From the NCBI GenBank assembly GCA_030704615.1, contig CM060731.1, positions 2,046,001-2,110,000 of the forward strand: a stretch of DNA of 64,000 nt. The letters run 5' to 3'. The notes under the pieces are model-generated. The model was given only the letters and a program-made list of their open reading frames with translations. It did not search any database and had not been told where the DNA came from. This document shows positions 1-12,127 of the stretch, piece by piece (position 1 is the first letter of the stretch; every line of letters begins with the position of its first letter). The stretch is from Takakia lepidozioides. Lineage: Eukaryota; Plantae; Bryophyta. The translations under genes and the position numbers were made by a program.

Positions 1-1450
1 AAGATACACAAAAATGCAGATGCGTGCCATCCCGGCACCATCTCCTTGTCCGTCTCACCATGCCACCGAGCTCCAGTGTCATCCTGTTGGCTCATGCATG
101 GATTGCAACTCAATCCATCTGCATCCCGATTGACCAAACCCGGTCGATGCACAAACTAAAAGTCATACTCCTGGAGTATGAGTGCCCACCGTGCAAGCTT
201 CCCCGTAAGCTTGTCTGACTCCATCAACCACTTGAGTGGCTGGTGATCCATGACAAGGGTGAAGAGATTGCTGTATAGATAGCACCTAAAGTGTGCCACG
301 GCCCACACTACAGCTAAGCACTCTCCCTCATATGAGCTATACTTAGCCTCTGCAGCGTTGTTTGAGCGACTAGCATAATCCACTACGAACTCTCTTCCCT
401 CATCATCCACCTGTGTGAGCACCGCTCCAAGCCCCAGCATGCTCCAATCCATATGCAGCTGAAAGGGACGCCCCCTGATAGGTCGTCTCAAGATAGGCGC
501 CGAGGTCAACCTCGCCTTGAGCTCTTGAAAAGCTCGTTCCTGCTCATCTTCCCACTGCCACTCCTGGTCCACCTTGGTCAGCTTGGTTAGAGCCTTTGCA
601 ATGGCACTAAATCCCTTGACAAACCATCTATAATAGTTTGCCAACCCCATGGAAGCTCGAGCTCGGCTCACATCCGTGGGGCGTGGAATTTGTGGAATGG
701 CCTCTACCTTAGTTTGCTGTACCCCCAATCCTCCAAAATATATCATGTGACCCAGATACTCAATCTGGTTGTGGAAAAACTTGCACTTCCCCGGATGCAA
801 CTTCAATCCGTGCACTCTCAAGCGCTCCAATACCACCTGAAGGTGTCTCTCATGCTCCTCCACCATAGCACTAAAGATGATGATGTCATCTATGTAGCAC
901 CGAGCAAAGTCCACCCCTGCTAGAATCCTATCCATGACTCTCTGAAACTCTGCAGGAGTGTTCTTAAGCCCAAATGGTAAGAACCGCCACTGATATAGGC
1001 AATCCTTGCCGTGCTCATTGATCCCCCAGAATGTCGTCTTCTGCTTGTCCGCCTCCTTGATCGGCAACTGGTGATATCCGGATTGTAAATCCAAAGTGTT
1101 AAAGACCTTAGCATGCCCGATGGCATCAAAGATCTCCTCTGGTGTTGGCATGGCATACTTATCGGACTTGGTCTAACGATTTACAGGCTGGTAATCACTG
1201 CACATACGTCTCTCCGTCCAATTGCCATAGACATCCTTCTTGGCTGGCATCACTGTGGCTGAAGCATACTCTCCACCAGAGAGCTCCACCAAACCAGCCT
1301 CCCAGAGATCTTGAGTCCTCATCTGAATCAAAGACCTCTCCATGTCACTGTATCTATAGGGTCTCCGAAATATTGGCGTATCAGTGGCCAACTCAGTACA
1401 AATCTCTTGACCCTTCAGTGCTCCCAAGTCCTTCAAACTGAAGGCAAAGC
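1..1450 (-). pseudogene. Element A reverse transcriptase + RNase H (frameshifted, with stop)
   Basis: ORFs 1173-1436 and 156-1151: PIFRRPYR, TLDLQSGYHQ, LPFGLKN, CYIDDIIIF, HMDWSMLGLGAVL, YASRSNNAAE..YSSYEGECLAVVWAV, DHQPLKWL, ARWALILQEYDF. Confidence 0.95.
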
Positions 1451-1889
1451 AATTCCTGTAAGCCCTCAGGAACCGCCGTATACGTCGTCTCTCTCTTCCG
1501 GTGACAATGGGTCCAACGTCAGGCTCCCAATTGTCCTCCGTAACTGCAACCTTAAGTCTAGTTGGCTTAGAGGTAGAGGACGCGTCCAGTGGTTGCTATG
1601 TTGCAACCTCTTGAGCAGTACTCCCTACTGCTCAGTCAATGACAATGACAAGGCCTCATCCTGCCCCATCATCTCATCCTTGAGGACTTCCTCAACCCGA
1701 GAAAAATCCCCAACCTCATCCATCACCGTCACCTTGGCTGCCAACTCCCTCTGAACCTTCCTCCCACGTGTGCCATGGATGCATGCACCCCGTGGTCCTC
1801 TCATGCTCACCCCCACTCACTACCTATACCGTCTCGGTAGGCAGAGAGACCATCGAGGGAAGTGTACTCCGCACTCTGCGTTGCTCAGC

Positions 1890-2850
1890 CATAGCCAAGC
1901 TAATAATCCAGGTCAAGCAATTGAGATCCATTGCTTGCCCCAACACCTGACGACGTGATGCCTCAGAAAGAAATGGCACCGCCATGGTACCAGTGGTAAA
2001 ATCTATTGCCCGCTCACGCTCGTCAGCATTAGGCTCCACTAACTGCTGCAACTGAGCATCCCACAGGAGGCCAGGTCCACTATCCCGGAAAGCATGCGAT
2101 CCTGGGAAGCTGAGCAGTGTAGATAATGCTGCTCGTGGTTGACCCACCTTGTTGACCACTGCCAAAGGCAAACAGTCATCGTGTCTCACACGCTGAGACT
2201 GCCTCCCTGTGTCCAAAATGCTATCCACTGTGAGGTGTGCTGCCCGCTGCACCCCATCAAATGCACGCTTGAGCAGTGCGGGTGGTATCAAGTTAGTCCA
2301 CCATAGCCGTGGACGATGAGCCCGTGACCCCACTGTAGCTGCATCTAGCAACATCGCTGACCCAAGCCATGACCGGACTTGATGCACACTGGCCATCACC
2401 CTGGCCCAAGAATCGCCCATCAGTGGCACATTCTCCAAGATGTATGTTGGAGATACAGCTTGATGAAGTTGCAAGTGGCGCAAAACCCGCACCATCTCCC
2501 AAAACAGACCCGAACTCGAGTCTCGCAATCCATTTCCATGCTCGGCTGATGAATGCCCTTGGCAGGGCCAACCTGCCACTACCAGATCAATGGAGCCAAC
2601 CCACTCCAAATCCTTCGCCCCCAGCAACAAAATGTCTGCTGGCAAGGCCTGCCGATATCCACAAACTGCAGACACAGGGCAACTCAGGGTACTGCTGCAC
2701 CAACTGAGCAACATGGCGAAGTGAAATGCGTCGTGCATTCTCATCCCTCTCCACATACAGGTAACACCAAACTCGTACACCTTCCTGTAACACAACAGCC
2801 AATCCGGTGTTGATCCCGCCAAACAAGTCCAGAAGACAAATGCCTTCATC
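1890..2850 (-). pseudogene. C5 DNA cytosine methyltransferase domain embedded in the element A polyprotein (one frameshift near 2680)
   Basis: Motif I LLDLFGGI (~2840-2810), II YLYVERD, III LPADI, IV DLVVAGWPCQGHS (catalytic PC), V GLRD..SGLF, VI YILENVP, VIII RAHRPRLWWTN, IX EPNADERERA, X VLGQAMD. All are in canonical order across ORFs 2587-2826 and 1824-3089. Confidence 0.93.
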
Positions 2851-3199
2851 CGGATACTGTCACACAATAGGTGTGGTATCCAATGGTGACAACTGAGGTG
2901 GTCCTGGTGCAATCCCCACACTCTCCTCATCTCCTGATGGTACAAAAGCCTCCACCCAGGCTTGTTGCACCCGTCGATCAGCAACCCTCTGCAAATCCTT
3001 GCTCGTGCCCCACAATGGAGTCTGAGCAACCATGGCAGGCAACTCCGCCATACCATACATGTCATCCTGCTCTCTTGGAGATGTGGCATCCTCTGAATGA
3101 GCGTTGCCCTCTAGTAACTCTCTAGGCCAAGTTACTGCAGCTGTGAATGCTGCTAGTGTCGGCATCTTGCCCCGCTGGGCAACCGCAACTCCTCCTATG

Positions 3200-3524
3200 A
3201 ACGTCACAGGGAGCTGCACACGCCGGCCCTCCCCTGACTGCCATCCAGGCCTATAGGAAGCTGACTCCTCCCAAAAATCCAGGGTGAAGCCCATGGGGTA
3301 CAACACTGCCCCACCAACCAGGACATTGTACGAGACCGCGTCTGTCACAATGGCCTTGGCTCGCATCACTGAGCCATCTGTAGGGTAATCCGATCGTAGT
3401 CTGATAACCAACTCACGCCGTGTCATGCCCCAAGCCTGCTCCAATCCTCCAAAAGACGTATGTATCTGGAAAGGACAAGGCTCCATATCCGCCTCCGTGA
3501 GGCCCAAGCCGACAATAGCAGCTC
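3200..3524 (-). pseudogene. Element A aspartic protease, C-terminal half
   Basis: AIVGLGLTEADMEPCPFQIHTS…AIVTDAVSYNVLVGGAVLYPMG (retropepsin-like C-terminal motif). The N-terminal half lies beyond B1 at ~17085-17160. Confidence 0.75.
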
Positions 3525-4707
3525 TGTTAGAGGACTGTAGGGGACTTAGACACTTATACGGGATCTGTAGGGTACCCTTAAATTTTGCACAGACTGAGAC
3601 CAACAGGAGCCTTAGGGGTGACAGCAGCGCACTGTAGAGGGGGGTTACACAGCCGTCACAGTCGTCACAGCCAGCCAACACATCCGGGTCCACAGTCCAG
3701 CCAGTCACAGTCCACACCGCCAACACGCCCGTCACAGTCGTCACAGTCCACAGCCAACACAGCACCGTCACAGTCACAGTCGTCACAGTCCACACAGCCA
3801 ACAACAGCAGCCCGTCACAGTCGTCACAGCCAAACACCAACCACAGTCACACAGCCACACAGTCCACACCCCACACAGCCCACGTGCCACACAGCCAACA
3901 CAACCAACACAGCCCGTCACAGTCGTCACAGCCAACACAGCCGACACAGCCGACACAGCCCGGCACAGCCACACAGCCAGTCACAGCCCGACACAGCCAA
4001 ACACAGTCGCACAGCCAGTCACAGCCCGTCACAGTTTCACACAGCCAGTCACAGCTTGACACAGCTGTCACGATCATAGGGAACGAAGAGTAAGACAGGG
4101 AACGACTGTGGGGAACAACACCTGCGAAGGGAACATGTTAGTTCACAGACGACGGTTAGTGAGGGAAACGGTTAGAACTGCGGATAGGAAGATAAAAGGG
4201 AAAACGGGGAATGAAGGAGGGGATTTTTATCATTCTTCAGAGGAGGACTTCTTAGTTAGGCTGGAGCGGAGATCGGAAACAAAAGATGGAGAGCACGGTG
4301 AAGGAGGAAAGAGGATTAGTAGATGCTTGTTATATGCAAAGCTGTAGTGATATTGTAGAGCAGATTAGAGACATAATGGCTTCGGCCTGATACCTGATAA
4401 ATCATAATCTGATACTTATACGATACAATCACACTGTGTAGAGAGATCTGAGTGAAGCTGTGGATTGAATGGATGAGTGAAGGAAACCGATAGATTGATG
4501 AAGCAAACTGATATTTAATTATCAATGGTAAGGTAGCTAAGATGAATGCGGAAAGGGAAACAAATAGGAAACACCCCCATGATACACTAGCTGTAGGTCA
4601 TGACTGATTGTTCTGCGCGGGCTGAGTACTTAGAGATTTCCAACTCTTCTATCTTGGAGTTTCCGCCTCGGATAGCGAAGGGATGGGTGAGTAAAAGCCG
4701 CGCGACA
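3525..4707 (+). repeat. B1 5' LTR (1183 bp)
   Basis: Starts TGTTAGAGGACTG and ends GCCGCGCGACA; near-identical to 15937-17084 outside the internal minisatellite. Confidence 0.96.
3648..4070 (+). repeat. CACAG(C/T)C-based minisatellite inside the B1 5' LTR
   Basis: Irregular 9-10-bp units such as cacagccaa, cacagtcgt, cacagccagt and cacagcccgt. Confidence 0.9.
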
Positions 4708-5295
4708 TTTGGCGACCATACTGGGGACCTGGGACATGAACAACCAGATGTGACAGGCATCTGGTGGGATCATGGTGGTTGGACCATTAAAGAATTTGAA
4801 GTGAATCAAATTCCCTGTGGAACGAAGGAAGAAAGATTGTCCAAACGATTCTTTCAAAGGTTCTTGGAATTGCCAGACGGTTGTAAAGAAAATATTCTTA
4901 AACGAGTGCATGATGCTGATCCAGAATGGGGTCTGGAGAAAGGAGTGATAAAGATTTATCAGGTAGCCTGTAGAGGAAGAGCACGTTGGTTACCAACATT
5001 GGTTTATGTGATAGCATTGCTATCCATTAAACGAGTAGAGTTTGAAGGCTGGGAAGAAAGAAAGGTGAATGTTTATACTCATATGCATGAAGAGCTTGTA
5101 CTGGTAAAGAATTGGATTCCAAAGGATATTTTGTGGATCAAACTCACACCAAGAACAGCTTTTCAGACTTGTTTGCCATATGGTTATATGGTAACGGAGA
5201 CTTCAAGTATAGCCAAGGGTGCATTGAAGCTTGAAAGAAACCCAGGCATATACGAGAGATATTACAGAAGAGAGTTTTGGTTATTGCCACATTAA
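4600..5295 (+). CDS. B1 extra 5' ORF (231 aa, unknown function) starting inside the LTR
   Basis: Intact in B1 and B2 (57181-57876). The differences I could see are 3 synonymous and 1 nonsynonymous. Confidence 0.6.
   Translation: MTDCSARAEYLEISNSSILEFPPRIAKGWVSKSRATFGDHTGDLGHEQPDVTGIWWDHGGWTIKEFEVNQIPCGTKEERLSKRFFQRFLELPDGCKENILKRVHDADPEWGLEKGVIKIYQVACRGRARWLPTLVYVIALLSIKRVEFEGWEERKVNVYTHMHEELVLVKNWIPKDILWIKLTPRTAFQTCLPYGYMVTETSSIAKGALKLERNPGIYERYYRREFWLLPH
4710..4727 (+). promoter_or_regulatory. B1 primer binding site (probably tRNA-Arg)
   Basis: TGGCGACCATACTGGGGA, 2 nt after the LTR; resembles the TGGCGACTCCACTGGGGA Arg-type PBS of Tat/Ogre elements. Confidence 0.8.
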
Positions 5296-5316
5296 AAGAA
5301 ATGAAAGACATGGGAC

Positions 5317-8300
5317 ATGAGTGATGAAAGAGAAGCTAGACGACAGAGATATTCAGCAAAAAGAGAAAGCTATCTGAAAGCTAATTATCCATATCTTTGG
5401 GAGAGAGGAATAGACATAGGGGAATCATCTGGACCTCTCACACCATCAAGATCAAAGAGTGCATCACCTATACCGGAAGAACTAGAGTTGGATGCCACTC
5501 CTTCTGTTTCTTTGCAAGAAAGATTAAGGGAATTGGTACAGGAAGAAGATCAATCACGAGGTGAAAGATCTGAGGTACATCCTTGGATAAAAGACTTGAC
5601 AGAAATCTTTGATAAGAGTTGGCATGGAACACCAAAAGCAGGAACTCCAGTTTCTGAAGCAGAAGATGAAGAAGGAGAAGAGGATGTGGCAGAGCCAACG
5701 GAGAGTTCAGACTCTCCAACACCATTACAGTTGAGTTACATGAGTGAAGAAGAAACCCAAGGGCAGAACTTGGAGGATGAAAACAGAGAGAAGAAATTAG
5801 AAGAGGAAGAATATGAAGAAGTAGACCCAACAGCTGAGGTTGAGACTACAACCAGGACATCCCAACCCGTTGGACCTGGATCAAGTGGAGCACTTGGATC
5901 ACAGGCCAACGAAGGTGTCGGCTCAGGGGGATCAGGCGGGCTGCCTGGATCTGGCTCTGGGGGGACAGGGAGTGTGGGAAGTAGTGCAACTGAAGCTGGG
6001 AATACTGTGAATATCGTGGGACCAGAAGCAAGGAGTGCTCAAGGGCCACCACTTGGTGGAAGATCCACCACAAAAACAACAGGTCCAGAAGGACCAGCAC
6101 CAGCAAGGGTGCCAGCACCTGTCAGTGGGCAGAAGGTAGGGCCACAGATGGCGTTACAACCAACACGGGCAAAACCACCCTTTCCAATATATTCAGGAAA
6201 AGGGGATCCCGATGTACACATTAGCCAATTTGAGCACATGTGTATAGTGAACAATGAGAATGGCGATGATGCCAAGATGAGACTGTTTCCTTGTTCACTT
6301 ATCAAGAAAGCAAGTGAATGGTATGCAAGATTCCCTGATAATCATTTCCTAACCTGGAATGGCTTGAATACAGCATTTCGAAATAGGTTCAGGACAAGTA
6401 AAACTGAGGATGAAGTGTATGGAAGTTTACAACAGCTGAAGCAGAAGAAGCATGAAACTGTTGAAGAGTATATGGAGAAGATGGAATTGATGATGAAAAA
6501 GCTGGCTGCAGTACCAGCGCCCGGTTTACAAAGACTTGGTTTGTGAGTGGATTAAGACCAGAGTTGCAAAAGAAAGTGGATATGTTACCCCATAACACAG
6601 TGGAGGAGGCATTTGAAACTGCGAACAGAATTGAGCAATTGGGAATGCTCAGGAGAGAGAAAAAAGAAGATGAGGACTCTGAGGATGAGTCAGATGAAGA
6701 AGAAGAGCAAGAACTAAAAAGAAAGAGTAAGAGAAAGGAGAAGTTGAAGAGGGATAACTATGAAAAAAAATTGGAAGAAATCTTGAAGAAGTATGCCACA
6801 GAGGCTGCAACACATTGGAGGAAGGGTGTATGGTGTGCAAAGTGCCAGAATGAAGGCCATACCACCACAGAATGCCACATGAAGGAGAAACACTGTACTA
6901 TCTGTAAAATGGATAACCATTCTACTGAGAATTGTTACTACAACAGAAGGACAGCTGCAAGAGAACCTAGGCAAGTAAGGGTGCATCAGGTGCAGCCCCA
7001 GCCAAGAAGAAACAATGATCAGGACCACTATGGTAGGTCTGGTGGTTATAACAATGGCATGGAAGGGAGAGGTAATTCAAGAGGGAATTACCAAGGAAAT
7101 TCCAGAGGCAACTATCAGGGTAATCCAAGGGGGAATTACCAGCCCGGGAATCAGGATTATAGAAATAATCCAAGAACAGACCAAGGGCGAGGACCCAATG
7201 GTGAAGAGCTATGTTACTATTGTAATCAGCCAGGACATCGCAAGGCAGCCTGTTCATTCTGGATAAGACACCAGAATGAGATGAGAGCTCCTGTGAATGA
7301 GGGCCCAGTGGTGGCAGCTCACATGGTTAGGCCATGTGTTGTACCAGAAGTAAGTACAATGATAGTAACAAGAAGTAAAGCCAAACTAATACCTCCAGTA
7401 GAAGAGGAAGAAGATGAGACTGGAAGTGGCAATGATATGCCTGAAGATGAAGAGACTTGGAAAGATGAGAAGGAACTGCACAAGGAAGTGGCAGATACTA
7501 TAAGGGAAATGCAAAAGAGTACTGATATTCCTGTGGCAGATTCCTCTGATTCGGATGGAGAAAAAGAAGGGAGTGAGGAAGAAAGGAAAAAAGAAGATGC
7601 AGACATGCAAAGTAATGAAGAGACTTTGGCTGCAGTAATATGTCAGACCAAAGCAGAAATTACCATTGGACAGCTATTAGCTGTGGCACCTTATTGTAGG
7701 CACAGGCTGTATCAGGCAATCAATCGAATTGCCCAAGAGACAGGAAACACAGACCTGAACAGCAAGGTGACCAGTTATAATGTGAAGCCGGAAGGGCGAG
7801 AACCAGTCATGGACTTTGATGATTCTATGCCAGTAATCCAATTGAGAATTGGAAGCACAGAACTAACTGATGTACTGATAGATGGTGGTTCTGGAGTAAA
7901 TATCATGACAGACCAATTAAGGAAGAAGCTTGGTCTAAGTAACATGAAACCAGCCCCATTTACAGTAACAATGGCAGATCAAAGAAGTGTGCAGCCATTG
8001 GGATTAATAAGAGGAGTTAAGATACAGATACAGAAAATGATCTTTATGATCACAGTAACTGTATTGAAAAATGGATGAAGTCATGGAGGCTTACTCCTTA
8101 TTATTGGGACGTCCGTGGCTGAAACAGGCCAGGGTATTCCATGACTGGAATTCTCAGTTACTAACCGTGCATAATGGGATACACGAGATACAAATTACCA
8201 CAAAGAAATCTAGTAGATTACCTGCTACAAGAAGACCTCGAGGAGTCAGAGAGTATGACTGGAGAGGAGGACTGGATGAGGAGCAGGAAGCTACCCTATT

Positions 8301-11300
8301 TGCTGCACACCCAGAGTGGGAGCAGGTTGCGGAGATGCGGCTGGAAAGCCTAAGTTGTTTGAGAGGTATCTGCTGTGGTGTAGTGACAGCAACACCAACT
8401 GAAGAGGAAACCAGCATTTACCCATCACATTTCTATGAAGAGAGAGAAGGAGAAATAGAAATCCTAGAAGAACCAGCCACTGTGAGCTTACAGGATGAAG
8501 TGGTGACTGGTTGGACAATCACAGCTGATGAGCAGGTGAGAGAAGTAAATGTGGGAACTCAGGAGGAACCGAGGATGGTGAAAGTAGGAGCTGATTTGGA
8601 GCCGGAATTCTTCGAAGAAGCTAAAAGCTTGTTCATCAAATACAGAGATGTATTTGCTTGGAGCTATGAGGATCTAAAAGGGATACCACCTGAAGTCTGT
8701 CAGCATAAGATTGAACTGGAACCAGGGTCAGTACCAATCAAGCAGGCGAGGTATAGAATGAATCCCAACTACGCACAGAAGGTTGGAGAAGAGATAAAGA
8801 AGTTGGCTGAGGCTAAGTTTATATACCCAATAGAGTATACAACTTGGTTGTCACCCATTGTTATAGTTCCCAAGAAGAATGGCAAACTAAGAGTATGTGT
8901 GAACTATAAGAAGCTGAATGCTTGTACGAAGAAAGATCCTTTCCCTTTGCCATTCACAGAAGCAGTATTAGACACTGTGGCAGGCCATGAGATGTACTCA
9001 TTCATGGATGGCTTCAGTGGTTATAATCAAGTGCAAGTGGCAGAAGAAGACCAAGGGAAAACAGCTTTCATCACAGACTGGGGGGCTTATGCATACAAAG
9101 TCATGCCCTTTGGACTTTGTAATGCACCAGCGACCTTTCAGAGAGTGATAAGTGAATCTTTTCATGAGTATCTGGATGATTTCATGCAGGTATTCTTGGA
9201 TGATTTCAGTGTGTACAGCTCTAAGAGTGAGCACTTGCATAAATTGGAGTTATGTTTGGCCAGATGCAGGATGAGAGGTCTGGGCCTGAATCCAGAGAAG
9301 TGTACTTTCTGTGTGAACTCAGGGGTGCTTCTGGGACACATTGTGTGTAAGAAGGGACTCCTTGTGGATCCCAGGAAGACAGAGTCCATTAAAGCCTCTC
9401 CACCACCAGTGAATGTTAAAAGTCTACGAAGATTCCTTGGGCAAACCAGTTATTACAGAAGATTTGTCAAAAGGTATGCACAAATAGCAGCACCATTGAG
9501 CAAGCTTCTGAAGAAAGATGCAGTGTTTGCCTGGACAGCTGAATGTCAACAGGCGTTTGAGGAACTTACACTGTCAGTAACAACTACACCTGTGCTGATT
9601 AACCCTCACTGGCATGTAGTATTTCATGTTCACTGCGATGCATCAGGAGAAGCGTTGGGTGCGGTGTTAGCCCAGAATGTTACAGGGAATATAGATTCAC
9701 CTGTGTACTATGCTAGCCGGTTGATGAACAGTGCTGAGAGGAACTATAGTACAACGGAAAGAGAAGCATTGGCAATGATTTATGCAGTCAAGAAATTCAG
9801 GCATTACCTATTGGGAAGAAAGTTTATGTTTTATGTGGATCACCAGGCTCTGATATATCTGGTGAACAAACCTTTGATAAGTGGAAGGATAGCGAGGTGG
9901 TTAATAATCTTGCATGAGTTTGAGTTCGAGGTTATTTACAAGCCTGGCCGTTTGCATCTTGTGGCAGATCATTTGTCACGACTAACAACAGGAGAGGCCG
10001 CCACAGGAGTGGACGATCAGTTACCTGATGCGAGTTTATTTGTAATGGAGGTGCAAGGAAGTGCAGATGAATGGTTAGATTGGCAGTGGCCAATCAGATA
10101 CTACCTTGCTCATGGTCAGTGCCCACCTAGTTATGGTAAGGAGCAGAGGAAGAGAATTGCTATCAAAGCTTTACCTTATACTATGGTAGGAAGCAGAATG
10201 TATAAGTTAGGACCTGATGGAGTACTAAAACGATGCTTGTACCACCATGAAGTAAATAAAGTCTTGGAGGAAGTTCATAAAGGAGTGGCTGGAGGTCATT
10301 TTGGAGAAGAGACTACCAGTAGAAAGATACTACTCGCAGGATACTGGTGGCCTACTTTGTTCAAAGATGTACACGAGTATTGTCAGAAGTGTGATGAATG
10401 TCAGAGGCTAGGACCTTTGCAGAGATCTGGAAGGATGGCCTTGCATCCTACAATGCCTACGGAACCATTTCAGAAATGGGGACTAGACTTTGTTGGACCA
10501 ATTAATCCACCATCCAAGAATACACGAAACAGGTACATAATTACAGCCACTGATTATACTACAAAGTGGGTGGAAGCTAAAGCTTTGAGGGACAACACAG
10601 CCAAGTCCACAGCAAGGTTCCTGTACGAGAACATACTTACACGATTTGGCTGTCCCTTAGAATTTATCAGTGATCAAGGAAGTCACTTCATGAATGAGAC
10701 CATTGAGTTGTTGACTAAAGAGTTTATGATTGTGCATAGAAAGAGTACAACATATTACCCACAGGGTAATGGGCAGGCAGAGGCTACCAACAAAATACTA
10801 TGTACTATCTTGGCTAAGATAGTCAATGCAAACAGAACGGATTGGGATACAAAGCTGCTGACAGCTTTATGGTCATACAGGACTTCATATAAAGTCACCA
10901 CTAAGTATACACCATTCCAATTAGTTTATGGTATGGAAGCCTTACTTCCAGTGGAATTCCTGTTACCTACCATGAGAACGGAGTGGGGAAAAAGAATGGA
11001 ATTGCAAGACTCCATCAAGGTCAGGAAACATGAATTATACCATGTGGAAGAAGTACGTGCTGATGCAGCTGATAATATGACCAGAATTCAGATGAAGCGA
11101 AAGGAACAGTTTGATGAAGGCAAGTTAAAGACTTTTAAGACGGGGGATTTGGTTCTATGGTTGCAGAAGAAAGGAAAGATTCAAGCTTCTAAGCTTAAAT
11201 CACCGTGGAAAGGACCTTATGTCATACAAAAGATGTATGATAACAACACCGCCATGTTACAAACCATTAACAAAGAAATGCTGGGAAGAGTCAATGCAAA

Positions 11301-11490
11301 TAAGTTGAAGGGGTACAGTGGTATCCATGACAAACCCCTGCAGCATGATTTGCATGTTGAACCGCAAGAGCAGTCACGGGCTGCCCAGTGTTACGAACGG
11401 AGTATGGAACACTTGTCGCTAGGCCCAGCATATATGACCAGGGCGGGCAAAACAAACGTGACACAGCAACCACAGCCCCTCACGACGTGA
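5317..11490 (+). CDS. B1 gag-pol (gag, CCHC knuckles, protease, RT, RNase H, integrase) with single-base frameshifts near 6530, 8070 and 11385
   Basis: YSGKGDPDVHISQFE gag core; CYYCNQPGHRKAAC; VLIDGGSGVN protease; FLDDFSVY RT; HCDASGEALGAVL RH; HFG…CQKCDECQR zinc finger; WGLDFVGP, ISDQGSHF, NGQAEATN integrase; WKGPY GPY/F motif. The frameshifts at 6530 and 8070 are absent in B3. Confidence 0.95.
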
Positions 11491-11670
11491 CACAGCCTAT
11501 CACAGCCCAGCAAGGCGCAACACAGCCTATCACAGCCCAGCACGGCGCAACACAGCCTATAACAACCTACCACAGCGTGTCACAGCCTATCACAGCTTAC
11601 CACAGTGCATCACAGCCTATCACAGTGTAACACAGTATGACACAGCCTGTCACAGCTCAACACAGCCTAC
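11460..11670 (+). repeat. 30-bp tandem repeat (CACAGCCTATCACAGCCC…) after the integrase core of B1
   Basis: Also present at 43080-43375 (B2) and 63870-64000 (B3) with different copy numbers. Confidence 0.9.
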
Positions 11671-12127
11671 TAAAGTTACACCATCCATAGAATCAGTGAC
11701 AAGTGGACATATAATAACTTCAGGAAAATGGATGACGGAAGAGGAAACGGAAATTACTTTAAAAATAGACACGTGGAGGTCAGGGCGCGACACACAGCAG
11801 ACAATGAAGTGCAAGGACAGGTGTCAAAAAGAAAGAAGACAAGAACGGCCGTCAAAAGGGATGAAAGCCAGGCCCATTAATGAGTACGGAAAAAGGAAAC
11901 GGAACGAACGGCAAGTACAGAAAAGCCGAATTCTTGTCACATGTGTGATCCTAGTGGACTATCCAAGAGGGAAAGTCCACTAAAGAAGATAAAATTTAAA
12001 ATCCAGTCACAGCATACAGCCAATAGAAAACCAGAGAAAGGATCAAGAAAATGGAGGGAAATTGAGCGCAAGAGGGGCGTCGTTCTGAGTAACGGGCGTC
12101 TCGACAGGACAGGCCAAATGCTATAAC

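Noticed and set aside
1824-3089. Host DNMT gene or bacterial restriction-modification contamination
   Set aside because: It has no introns, regulatory domains or partner endonuclease, is colinear between retroelement PR and RT, and is decayed like the rest of element A.
3585-4093. Ser/His/Gln- or Cys/Val-rich ORFs (also 15866-16437, 58326-58682)
   Set aside because: They are translations of the LTR minisatellite and differ between LTR copies.
6520-8080. Programmed gag/pol frameshifts in B1
   Set aside because: The single-base indels are not shared: B3 is in frame at both sites and B2 has different ones. They are mutations or sequencing errors.
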